A DNA stretch of 24,000 nucleotides, from positions 151,223 to 175,222 of the forward strand of contig NZ_ML214300.1 in NCBI RefSeq assembly GCF_004785955.1. The letters run 5' to 3'. Below the pieces are notes generated by a model. It ran no database searches, had not been told where the DNA came from, and worked only from the letters and a program-made list of their open reading frames with translations. Shown one piece after another: positions 7,932 through 16,835 of the stretch. The stretch is from Halostella litorea (GTDB lineage Archaea; Halobacteriota; Halobacteria; Halobacteriales; Natronoarchaeaceae). Numbering within the stretch: position 1 is the first letter of the stretch; each line of letters opens with the position of its first letter. The position numbers and the translations under genes were made by a program.

Positions 7932-9926
7932 ATGGCGTCTCTGGCTACCGCTGCCGATTCGGCGACCCGTACGACCGTGCTCTACGTCGGGGAGCGCACC
8001 GCCGTCGTCTCGGCCGCCGCGGAACTGTTCGACGCCGACCTGCGAAACGCCGACGCCTCCCGGCGGGCGGCGCTCGACCGGATGGACGCCGACGTCGACT
8101 GTCTGGTCGTCGACGCGTCGCTCCCCGACGGGCGCGGCGTCGACCTCCTCGCGGCGGTGCGGCGCACCTACCCCGAACTCGCCGGGGTCGTGCTCGTGGA
8201 ATCGGGTCCCGTCCCGGAAATCGGGTCGAAGCCGCCGACCGACTACGTCAGGGTCGCGGACGGGGCGGAGCCGCTGGCGACGCGGATCCGGAACGTGCTT
8301 TCGCGGCGCGCGCCCACCGGCGGGCTGGCGGACCACCTGTTCGACTCCGCCGTCCGGAACGGCCCGGACGCCGTCGTCGTCGTCGACGACCGGACGGAGA
8401 TCCGGTTCGCCAACGAGGCGGTGGCCGACGTGTTCGGGTACGACCCGGCGGCCGTCGTGGGGTCGCCGGTCACCGACCTAGTCCCGACCGAGCGCCGCGA
8501 GCCCTTCTTGGAGGCGTTCGCGCGACACGTCGTCGACGGCTCGGTCGGGGAGTGGACCCAGGTGCGGGGCCGCGGGCGACACCGGAACGGGCGGGATATC
8601 CCGCTGTCGCTGTCCTTCCACCACGGGCGGTACGAGGGCGGGAGGCTGTTTACCGCCATCGTCCGGGAGGAGTCCGAGCGACGCGACCGCGAGGCGACGC
8701 TGGAGCGCCAGCGGGACGAACTGGCCGAACTCGACCGCATCAACCGACTCATCCGGGAGGTGGCGCACGTCCTCATCGACGCCACGTCGCGCTCGGAGAT
8801 GGAGCAGGCGGTCTGTGACCTGCTGGCGGACTCCGGGCCGTACGCCTTCGCCTGGATCGGCCGGGAGAACCTGGCGCGGAACAGGGTGATCCCGAGGTTC
8901 GAGGCCGGCGCGGCGGAGGGCTACCTCGACGCGGTGAGCGACTCGGACTACGACACCCTCTCCGACGGGGGCCCGGCGGCGCAGGCCGTCATCGACCGGT
9001 CGGTGACCGTGGTCGACGACGTCGGGACCGACGAGCGGTTCGAACCGTGGCGGGAGGACGCGCTGGACCGCGGGCTCCGGTCGGTTGCGACCGTCCCGGT
9101 CCAGTACGAGGAGACCGTGTTGGGCGTGCTGGCGCTGTACGAGGAGGAGGTAGGAGCGTTCGACGAGCGCGAGGCGGCGGTGCTGGAGGAGGTCGGGCGG
9201 CTGATCGGCTACGCGATGACGGCCGTCGACCGCAAGGAGGCGCTGGTCGCCGACGACCGGACCGAACTCGAATTCAGGTTGACCGACGACGACCACTTCT
9301 TCACGGGGGTCACCGCGGGGACGGACGTGGAGGTCACGTTCGAGGGGATGACGCCGCGCACGGAGGAGTCGGACCTGGTGTACGCGACCGTTCGGGGCGG
9401 GTCACCGGAGGCGATCCGCGACGCGGCCGCGGACGCCGCCGTCGTCGAGGACGCCACGGCGCTCGGGGAGCACGAGGACGGCGTCGGCTTCGAGTTCACG
9501 ACGACCGACGACACGGTCGCGGCGACACTGGCGTCGTACGGCGCGAGCGTGGTGTCGATGCGGGCCGCGGACGGGAGCGCGCGGATCGTCGCGGAACTGC
9601 CGGCGACCGCGGACGTGCGGTCGGTCGTCGAGGCCGTCACGGCGGAGTTCGACGGGATGGAACTGCTGGCACAGCGCGACCGGCAGCGGACGGAGGCCCG
9701 CGACGGCGGCGGGCCGGGACTGTGGCGCGCCGACCTGCTCGGCTCGCTGACGGAGCGCCAGCGGACGGTGCTGGAGACCGCCTACCGGTCGGGCTACTTC
9801 CAGTGGCCCCGGGAGCGGACCGCCGAGGAGGTGGCGGACTCGCTCGGCATCACCTCACCGACGCTCCACAACCACCTGCGGCTGGCACAGGGGGAACTGT
9901 TCGGCGCGCTGTTCGAGGGCGACTGA
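7932..9926 (+). CDS. Multidomain regulator: receiver-like + PAS + GAF + bacterio-opsin-activator-type HTH
   Basis: 664 aa. Pseudo-receiver-like N-terminus (VDCLVVDASLPDGRGVDLLAAVR), PAS (VVDDRTEIRFANEAVADVFGYDPAAVVG), GAF-like region (EQAVCDLLADSGPYAFAWIG) and C-terminal LTERQRTVLETAYRSGYFQWPRERTAEEVADSLGITSPTLHNHLRLAQ (HTH_10). Confidence 0.92.
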   Translation: MASLATAADSATRTTVLYVGERTAVVSAAAELFDADLRNADASRRAALDRMDADVDCLVVDASLPDGRGVDLLAAVRRTYPELAGVVLVESGPVPEIGSKPPTDYVRVADGAEPLATRIRNVLSRRAPTGGLADHLFDSAVRNGPDAVVVVDDRTEIRFANEAVADVFGYDPAAVVGSPVTDLVPTERREPFLEAFARHVVDGSVGEWTQVRGRGRHRNGRDIPLSLSFHHGRYEGGRLFTAIVREESERRDREATLERQRDELAELDRINRLIREVAHVLIDATSRSEMEQAVCDLLADSGPYAFAWIGRENLARNRVIPRFEAGAAEGYLDAVSDSDYDTLSDGGPAAQAVIDRSVTVVDDVGTDERFEPWREDALDRGLRSVATVPVQYEETVLGVLALYEEEVGAFDEREAAVLEEVGRLIGYAMTAVDRKEALVADDRTELEFRLTDDDHFFTGVTAGTDVEVTFEGMTPRTEESDLVYATVRGGSPEAIRDAAADAAVVEDATALGEHEDGVGFEFTTTDDTVAATLASYGASVVSMRAADGSARIVAELPATADVRSVVEAVTAEFDGMELLAQRDRQRTEARDGGGPGLWRADLLGSLTERQRTVLETAYRSGYFQWPRERTAEEVADSLGITSPTLHNHLRLAQGELFGALFEGD

Positions 9927-10106
9927 TCCCGGGTTGGCGGTGGGCCGGCGGCGCGTACGGGCCGTCCGGCGGCCGGCGTACACGACCGCCCGCGCACACG
10001 CCCGTACACCCGCGCTGTCCTGCGATTTCGCCCCGAAAGGTTTAGGGCGGGGCTCGGCATAGCTCACCCCAATGAGACGCCCGGCCCGAGAGCGAGGTGG
10101 GACGCG

Positions 10107-12593
10107 GTGGAGCTGATAATCACCGAGAAGGAAAACGCCGCGCGCCGGATCGCCGAGATCCTGAGCGGCGGGAGCGCCGACGCCGACCGCCGCAACGGCG
10201 TCAACGTGTACGAGTGGGGCGGGAAGCGCTGCGTGGGGCTGTCCGGTCACGTCGTCGGCGTCGACTTCCCGGACGAGTACAGCGACTGGCGCGACGTCGA
10301 GCCGGTCGAACTGGTCGACGCCGCGGTCGAGAAGCGCCCGACCCAGGAGAACATCGTCCGCACGCTCCGCCTGCTTGCCCGGGACGCCGACGCCGTCACC
10401 ATCGCCACCGACTACGACCGCGAGGGGGAACTGATCGGGAAGGAGGCCTACGAACTCGTCCGCGAGGTCAACGAGGACGTACCGATCCAGCGCGTCCGCT
10501 TCTCCTCGATCACCGACAACGAGGTGCGCGACGCGTTCGCGGAGCCGGAGGACCTCGACTTCGACCTCGCGGCGGCGGGCGAGGCCCGGCAGGTGATCGA
10601 CCTCGTCTGGGGCGCGGCGCTGACCCGCTTCCTCTCGCTGTCGGCCGGGCAACTGGGCGACGACTTCATCAGCGTGGGCCGGGTCCAGTCGCCGACGCTG
10701 AAGCTCATCGTCGACCGCGAACGCGAGATACAGGCGTTCGAACCGGAGGAGTACCGCGAGATCTACGCGGACCTGCTGAAAGCCGGCGGCGACGACCCGT
10801 TCGAGGCGCAGTACTTCTACCGCGACGAGGACGGCAACGAGGCCGAGCGCGTCTGGGACGCCGAGGCCGCGACCGGGACGTACGAGACGCTGTCGGCCGC
10901 CGACGCGGTGGCGGTCGACCGGGTCAACCGCCGCACCCGCACCGACGCGCCGCCGGCCCCGTTCAACACCACGCAGTTCATCCGCGCGGCCGGCAGCCTC
11001 GGCTACTCCGCCCAGCGCGCGATGAGCATCGCCGAGGACCTGTACACCGCCGGCTACGTCACCTACCCCCGTACTGACAACACCGTCTACCCGGACGACC
11101 TGGACCCGGAGGTGCTGCTCGACGAGTTCGTCGGCCACCGCGAGTTCGGCGACGACGCCGAGTCGCTGCTCGAACTCGACGGGATCGACCCGACGGAGGG
11201 CGACGAGGAGACGACCGACCACCCGCCGATCCACCCGACCGGCGAGTTCCCCGGCGCGGGCGAACTCTCCGACGACGAGTGGGAGGTGTACGAACTGGTC
11301 GTCCGCCGCTTTTTCGCCACCGTCGCCGAGGAGGCCGAGTGGGAGCACCTGAAGGTGGTCGCGAGCGTCGACGACTGCTCGCTGAAGGCGAACGGCAAGC
11401 GCCTCGTCGAGGCTGGCTACCACGACGTCTACCCGTACTTCTCGACCAGCGAGAACTACGTGCCCGACGTGAGCGAGGGCGAGGAACTGTCGGTGACCGA
11501 CGTCCGTCTGGAGGAAAAGGAGACGCAACCGCCGCGGCGCTACGGCCAGTCCCGCCTCATCGAGACCATGGAGGACATGGGGATCGGGACGAAGTCGACC
11601 CGCCACAACACCGTCGAGAAGCTGTACGACCGCGGCTACGTCGAGAACGACCCGCCCCGGCCCACCCAGCTTGCGATGGCGGTCGTCGAGGCCGCCGAGG
11701 AGTACGCCGACCGCGTCGTCAGCGAGGAGATGACCAAGCAACTGGAGGCCGACATGACCGCCATCGCGGAGGGCGAGGCGAGCCTGGACGACGTGACCGA
11801 GGAGTCCCGCGAGATGCTGGGGACGGTGTTCGAGTCGCTGACCGACTCCCGCGAGGAGGTCGGCGACCACCTCCGGAAGTCGCTGAAGGCCGACAAGCGG
11901 CTCGGTCCCTGTCCCGAATGCGGGGACGACCTGCTCGTCCGGCGCAGTTCGCGGGGGTCGGCGTTCGTCGGCTGCGACGGCTACCCCGACTGCGAGTACA
12001 CGCTGCCCCTGCCGAACACGGGCAAGCCGCTCATCCTCGACGAGACCTGCGACGAGCACGACCTCCACCACGTGAAGATGCTCGCCGGCCGGAGCACGTT
12101 CGTCCACGGCTGCCCGCAGTGCAAGGCCAACGAAGCCGGCGAGGGGCCGGTCATCGGCGACTGTCCGGCCTGTGGCGAGGAGCACGGCGGCGAACTGGCG
12201 ATCAAACAGCTCCGCAACGGCTCTCGGCTGGTCGGCTGCACGCGCTACCCCGACTGCGACTACTCGCTGCCGCTGCCCCGGCGCGGCGAGATAGAGGTCA
12301 CCGACGAGCGCTGCGAGGAGCACGACCTGCCGGAACTGCTCGTCCACAACGGCGACGAGCCGTGGGAACTGGGCTGTCCCGTCTGCAACTACCGCGAGTA
12401 CCAGGCCCGCGAGAGCGACTCCGGCTCCGACCTCGAAGCGCTCGACGGCGTCGGCACGAAGACCGCCGAGAAGCTGGTCGAGGCCGGCGTCGAGAGCATC
12501 GACGACCTGACCGACGCCGACCCGGACGACGTGGCAAGCGAGGTAGAGGGCGTCAGCGCCGACCGGATCCGCGACTGGCAGGCCCAGGCCTGA
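10107..12593 (+). CDS. topA: DNA topoisomerase I (type IA) with C-terminal zinc fingers and helix-hairpin-helix-like tail
   Basis: 828 aa, GTG start. TOPRIM (MELIITEKENAARRIAEILSGG...DYDREGELIGKEAY), active-site region YTAGYVTYPRTDN, several Cys clusters (CPECGDDLLVRR..CDGYPDCEYTLPLP) and C-terminal LDGVGTKTAEKLVEAGVESIDDLTDADPDDVA. Confidence 0.95.
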   Translation: MELIITEKENAARRIAEILSGGSADADRRNGVNVYEWGGKRCVGLSGHVVGVDFPDEYSDWRDVEPVELVDAAVEKRPTQENIVRTLRLLARDADAVTIATDYDREGELIGKEAYELVREVNEDVPIQRVRFSSITDNEVRDAFAEPEDLDFDLAAAGEARQVIDLVWGAALTRFLSLSAGQLGDDFISVGRVQSPTLKLIVDREREIQAFEPEEYREIYADLLKAGGDDPFEAQYFYRDEDGNEAERVWDAEAATGTYETLSAADAVAVDRVNRRTRTDAPPAPFNTTQFIRAAGSLGYSAQRAMSIAEDLYTAGYVTYPRTDNTVYPDDLDPEVLLDEFVGHREFGDDAESLLELDGIDPTEGDEETTDHPPIHPTGEFPGAGELSDDEWEVYELVVRRFFATVAEEAEWEHLKVVASVDDCSLKANGKRLVEAGYHDVYPYFSTSENYVPDVSEGEELSVTDVRLEEKETQPPRRYGQSRLIETMEDMGIGTKSTRHNTVEKLYDRGYVENDPPRPTQLAMAVVEAAEEYADRVVSEEMTKQLEADMTAIAEGEASLDDVTEESREMLGTVFESLTDSREEVGDHLRKSLKADKRLGPCPECGDDLLVRRSSRGSAFVGCDGYPDCEYTLPLPNTGKPLILDETCDEHDLHHVKMLAGRSTFVHGCPQCKANEAGEGPVIGDCPACGEEHGGELAIKQLRNGSRLVGCTRYPDCDYSLPLPRRGEIEVTDERCEEHDLPELLVHNGDEPWELGCPVCNYREYQARESDSGSDLEALDGVGTKTAEKLVEAGVESIDDLTDADPDDVASEVEGVSADRIRDWQAQA

Positions 12594-12673
12594 GACGGCT
12601 CCGGGCGTGTGCCGTCCGCGGGACCGGGTGACGGCGGGGGAAAGCATTCATACCGAGGGATACCAGCGATCCC

Positions 12674-13531
12674 ATGCGCCGCCGCGAGTTCCTCGCGACC
12701 GGAACCGCCCTCTGCTCCATCGCCGTCGCCGGCTGTGCTCACCCCGACGTGGTGCTCGACATGGACGACGCGTCGTCGGACGACATCGCGTACGAGGTGT
12801 CGATGTCGCCGGACCCGGGGTCCGAGGAGTACAGGGTCGTCACGTCCGCCATCGAGAACGGGTCGGCGACGCGGAGCGGGCGGTACGACCTGTTCGACCG
12901 CACCGACACCGTCCGGGTCGACGACGCCTTCTACGCCGTCACGGAAACCCGACTCGGGAGCGGCGAGGTGACGGTGTACGAGGTGCTCGTCGACGTCGAC
13001 CCGGACGACACCTCGCCGGACCGCGGCGAGATCCGGTACGACGACCTCCCGGCGACGGACCGGGAGCGCCTCGACGTCGTGTTCTCGGAGGACCCCCCAT
13101 CCGGTCAGGATGGATACGACGCCGGCGTCTCGTACGGAACCGCCGAGGAAGTGGGGAACGGATCGGCGTTCGTTCCGGAGCAGCGGTACGACATCGTCGT
13201 TCACGACGGGGATCGATACCGGGTCGGGGTCGAGTCCCGCGACGCGAACGAGAGCGAGTACCGATACGAAGTGACGCGGGTCGCGCCCGACCTGTCGACG
13301 TTCGCCGACCAGGTCAGGGACCGATACCTGTTCGCGCTCACGGGACTGTCGGACGCCGAACGGTCGGTCGTCGAGGGGGCGATCGACGGCGGCCACTTCG
13401 AGGACAGCGATGCGTTCCAGTCGGTGATCGACCGCATCCGGGACCACGAGGGGCTGAACGAGGACGACTTCTACGGGACGTGGCTCGTCGCGTACGAGGG
13501 CGACGAGTATCTCGCCTACGCCGAGTGGTGA
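12674..13531 (+). CDS. Putative Tat-exported lipoprotein of unknown function
   Basis: 285 aa. N-terminus MRRREFLATGTALCSIAVAGC has a twin-Arg-like motif and a lipobox. No recognised enzymatic motif. Confidence 0.8.
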   Translation: MRRREFLATGTALCSIAVAGCAHPDVVLDMDDASSDDIAYEVSMSPDPGSEEYRVVTSAIENGSATRSGRYDLFDRTDTVRVDDAFYAVTETRLGSGEVTVYEVLVDVDPDDTSPDRGEIRYDDLPATDRERLDVVFSEDPPSGQDGYDAGVSYGTAEEVGNGSAFVPEQRYDIVVHDGDRYRVGVESRDANESEYRYEVTRVAPDLSTFADQVRDRYLFALTGLSDAERSVVEGAIDGGHFEDSDAFQSVIDRIRDHEGLNEDDFYGTWLVAYEGDEYLAYAEW

Positions 13532-13622
13532 GCGCAGGGCAGACGGGTGCCGTCGGATTGAGACAGCAGCCACCGCCGGACAGGATTAGTTTTTTCACAC
13601 GAGGCCTCGAATCGAAGAGGGA

Positions 13623-15614
13623 ATGGTCCCCATCAGCAGACGGAAGCTGTTAGCCGCCAGTGGAATCGCAGCCGTCGCCGGGTGCATGTCGACCGCCCCG
13701 GACGACCGGGCCGCAGACGACACGGACACCGACACCGAGACGGACACGGAGACGACGACCACGACCGAGGAAGACGATCCGAGCCTCCCGGACGACGTCC
13801 TGCGGGCGATCGAACCCCTCCCCGCGACGGTCGACGGCGACTCGCCCGACAGGGTGGTCATCAGCAGCCCGTCGGGCGACGCGGCCCGGATCGGCTACCC
13901 CCGCGACCTCGCCGACCAGTTCGGCCTCGGACCGTCCGACATCGACCGCAGCGCGTCCGCGGTGTTCGGCGGCCGGAACGTCTCCTGTTTCGTCGGCTCG
14001 TTCGACGCCGGCGCGGTCGAGGCCCCGGAGAACGTGGCCGTGACGACCGACGACGGCCGCATCGTGGCGGCGCGGGCGACGAACGACGACGGGAGCCACT
14101 CGGCGTGGACCGCCGGGATGGACGCCGCCGAGGCGGCCATGGACTCGGACGACGCCGGCCTGGCCGCCGCCGACGGCGTCGAGGCCGTGCTGTCGCCGGT
14201 CGTCGACGAGACGTGGGCCAACTACCTCCCGGTGCTCCCCGACGACAGCGGAAACAGCCTCCCGGAGGAGTTAGACACCGACACCGTCGAGGCGGCCGCC
14301 TTCGGTTCCTCCCGCGTGGCGGAGCGGACCCGCCGGTACACCTACGTCTTCCTGTTCGAGGACGAGTCGGCCGTCGACACGGCGGCGCTCGAATCGCTCG
14401 TCGACGGGACGTGGAGCGACGAGAACCTGTCCGAGCGGAGCGTCGAGCGGGACGGCCGCCGGGGGATCGCGTCGGTCGTGTACGAGCGCCCGCCCCAGCC
14501 TGACCGCGAGGCGTCGCCGGACGCGCGGTTCCACGTCGAGTACGACGTCGAGGCCAGCGAGGCGACGCTGGTCCACTCCGGCGAGGACGTCCCCGCGGAC
14601 ACGCTGACGGTGCTCGTGGAGGGCGAGTCGACCGCGACCCAGTGGACCGACCAGTACGACACGGTCACGGAGGGCGACGAACTGTCGCTGTCGGTCGACC
14701 CGTTCACGCTGGTCCGCGTCCGGTGGGACGACCCCGAGGACGAGGAGACGTTCGACTACCTCGGCAACGAGATCACCACCGCCCCCGGGCTGTTCGAGGC
14801 GTCGTTCGACCGCTCGGCCGAGCGGGCGACGATCACCTACCGCGGCGAACAGCCAGCCGACGCCGAGGCGCTCTCGGTTCGCCACCGCTCCGGCGAGCCG
14901 AACGGCGAGTCGACCGAACGGCGGGAGATCCCCGTCTCGGAGCGCCACGACCGCCTGACGAAGGGCGACGAGATAGTCGTCGACGGGTTCACCATGGGCG
15001 ACCGGCTCCACGTCGTCTGCGAGGTCGAGGGCGACAACTGGAGCATGGCGTCGAGCGTGTTCCACTTCTCGGCGTCGCCGCCGGGGCACTTCACCGTCGT
15101 GCGCGAGGACGGGACCACCGAACTCGTGTACTACGGCCAGCACGACAACGCCGTCGCGGAGGCGGCGGTCGGGGACTTCCGCGTCCTCATAAACGGCGAC
15201 CCCGCGCCGACGCAGTGGACCGACGAGTACGACGAACTCGTCGACGAGGAACGTCTCGAACTGTCCGCCGAACCCGGCGACACGGTGACCGTCGAGTGGA
15301 CCGGCGGCGAGGAGCCGGTGACGGTGTCCGAGGACCTGGTCGTCCCCGAGTTCGAACTGAGCGTCGCCGAAACCGACGACGGCCGCCTGAAGCTGACCCA
15401 CGGCGGCGGCGAGGCCGTCGACGCCGGGAAGCTGACGATCCGGTTCGCGCCCTCGGACAGTGACACCACGACCTGGGGCGGAAGCGGCACGACGGTCGAA
15501 CCCGGCGACAGTACGACCGTCGACGCGCCGGCGGAGACGCGCTACGTCCTGATCAAGTACGGCGACAGCGACTACCACGTCGCCCACGCCGAACTGGAAT
15601 CCGACGACGAGTAA
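13623..15614 (+). CDS. Putative Tat-exported lipoprotein with tandem C-terminal beta-type repeats
   Basis: 663 aa. N-terminus ISRRKLLAASGIAAVAGC has a twin-Arg-like motif and a lipobox, followed by an acidic Thr-rich linker and weakly repeated modules in the C-terminal half. Confidence 0.85.
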   Translation: MVPISRRKLLAASGIAAVAGCMSTAPDDRAADDTDTDTETDTETTTTTEEDDPSLPDDVLRAIEPLPATVDGDSPDRVVISSPSGDAARIGYPRDLADQFGLGPSDIDRSASAVFGGRNVSCFVGSFDAGAVEAPENVAVTTDDGRIVAARATNDDGSHSAWTAGMDAAEAAMDSDDAGLAAADGVEAVLSPVVDETWANYLPVLPDDSGNSLPEELDTDTVEAAAFGSSRVAERTRRYTYVFLFEDESAVDTAALESLVDGTWSDENLSERSVERDGRRGIASVVYERPPQPDREASPDARFHVEYDVEASEATLVHSGEDVPADTLTVLVEGESTATQWTDQYDTVTEGDELSLSVDPFTLVRVRWDDPEDEETFDYLGNEITTAPGLFEASFDRSAERATITYRGEQPADAEALSVRHRSGEPNGESTERREIPVSERHDRLTKGDEIVVDGFTMGDRLHVVCEVEGDNWSMASSVFHFSASPPGHFTVVREDGTTELVYYGQHDNAVAEAAVGDFRVLINGDPAPTQWTDEYDELVDEERLELSAEPGDTVTVEWTGGEEPVTVSEDLVVPEFELSVAETDDGRLKLTHGGGEAVDAGKLTIRFAPSDSDTTTWGGSGTTVEPGDSTTVDAPAETRYVLIKYGDSDYHVAHAELESDDE

Positions 15615-15653
15615 CGGGGGCGGACGCCGGCCGGCCCGGCACGTCCCTCCGGA

Positions 15654-16037
15654 TCAGCCGACCTTCGCCACGGCCTCCACCTCGACGAGCATCTCGGGGT
15701 CGATGAGCCGGTCGACCTGCACCATGCTCGTCGCGGGGCGGACGTCGCCGAACGCCTCGCGGTGGGCGCGGCCGACCGCCTCCCAGCGGTCGATGTCCGT
15801 CACGTACAGCCGCGTCCGGACCACGTCGTCGAGGCCGGCGCCCGCCTCGTCGAGCGCGTCCGCGACGTTCGAGAGCGCCTGGGCGGTCTGTTCGTAGGGG
15901 TCGCCGACGCCGACGAGTTCGCCGTCGTCGGTGGCGGTCGTGCCCGAGACGTGTATCTCGTCGCCGGCCCGGACGGCCCGCGAGTAGCCCACCGCCGACT
16001 CCCACGCGGTCCCGGATCCGACCTCCTTCCGGCCCAT
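15654..16037 (-). CDS. RidA/YjgF family protein
   Basis: The track ORF is trimmed to the cat at 16035-16037, giving 127 aa. Contains [49 protein letters not shown] and [25 protein letters not shown]. Confidence 0.92.
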   Translation of the reverse strand: MGRKEVGSGTAWESAVGYSRAVRAGDEIHVSGTTATDDGELVGVGDPYEQTAQALSNVADALDEAGAGLDDVVRTRLYVTDIDRWEAVGRAHREAFGDVRPATSMVQVDRLIDPEMLVEVEAVAKVG

Positions 16038-16136
16038 ACGGCAGCCCCGCGGCGGGCGAGGGAAAGTCTTGGGGGCCTCTCCCGCACGAGCGCCCCTTTC
16101 GAAGGGTTCTTGGCCGCCCTTTCTGATCGAACGGGT

Positions 16137-16835
16137 ATGACTACCCCGTGGGACGACTGGGACCACATCGTGAAGATCGACCCGGACAAGGAACTCGCGC
16201 CGGGCGAAACCTTCGAGGACGTCTGCGAGACAGGGACCGACGCGCTCGAGATCGGCGGCACGCTGGACGTGACCAGCGAGAAGATGGAGCGGGTCATCGA
16301 CGCCTGCGCGAAGTACGACGTCCCGCTGTACCAGGAGCCGAGCAACCCGGCGGTCGTCGTCCACGACGACGCCGTCGACGGTTTCCTCGTCCCGGTCGTG
16401 CTGAACGCCGGCGACGTGGCGTGGATCACCGGCGCGCACAAGGAGTGGGTGAAGTCCGACGACGTCGACTGGGCCCGGACGACCACGGAGGCGTACATCA
16501 TCCTCAACCCCGAGGCCAGCGCCGCCCAGCTCACGCAGGCCGACTGCGACCAGACGGCCGAGGACGTCGCCGCGTACGCGGAGATAGCCGAGCAGATGTA
16601 CGGCCAGGAGATCGTCTACGTCGAGTACTCCGGGACGCTGGGCGACCCGCGGAAGGTCGAGGCCGCGGCGGACGCGCTGGACGAGTCGACGCTGTTCTAC
16701 GGGGGCGGCATCCACGACTACGACTCCGCGCACACGATGGCGGAGCACGCCGATGTGGTCGTCGTCGGGGACCTGGTCCACGACGAGGGCGTCGAGGCGG
16801 TCCGCGAGACCGTCGAGGGCGCGACGGACGCCTAA
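16137..16835 (+). CDS. Geranylgeranylglyceryl phosphate synthase family protein
   Basis: 232 aa from the ATG at 16137. Contains [45 protein letters not shown] and [33 protein letters not shown], matching the GGGP synthase TIM-barrel family of archaeal lipid synthesis. Confidence 0.92.
   Translation: MTTPWDDWDHIVKIDPDKELAPGETFEDVCETGTDALEIGGTLDVTSEKMERVIDACAKYDVPLYQEPSNPAVVVHDDAVDGFLVPVVLNAGDVAWITGAHKEWVKSDDVDWARTTTEAYIILNPEASAAQLTQADCDQTAEDVAAYAEIAEQMYGQEIVYVEYSGTLGDPRKVEAAADALDESTLFYGGGIHDYDSAHTMAEHADVVVVGDLVHDEGVEAVRETVEGATDA

Noticed and set aside
12594-12616. GACGGC...GCCGTC hairpin right after the topA stop
   Set aside because: Only a 6-bp stem with an 11-nt loop and no following T-tract. 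Short GC inverted repeats like this are frequent by chance at this composition.
9855-12647. 930-aa minus-strand ORF
   Set aside because: Antisense to topA, which has clear TOPRIM, active-site and zinc-finger motifs. The translation has no recognisable domain.
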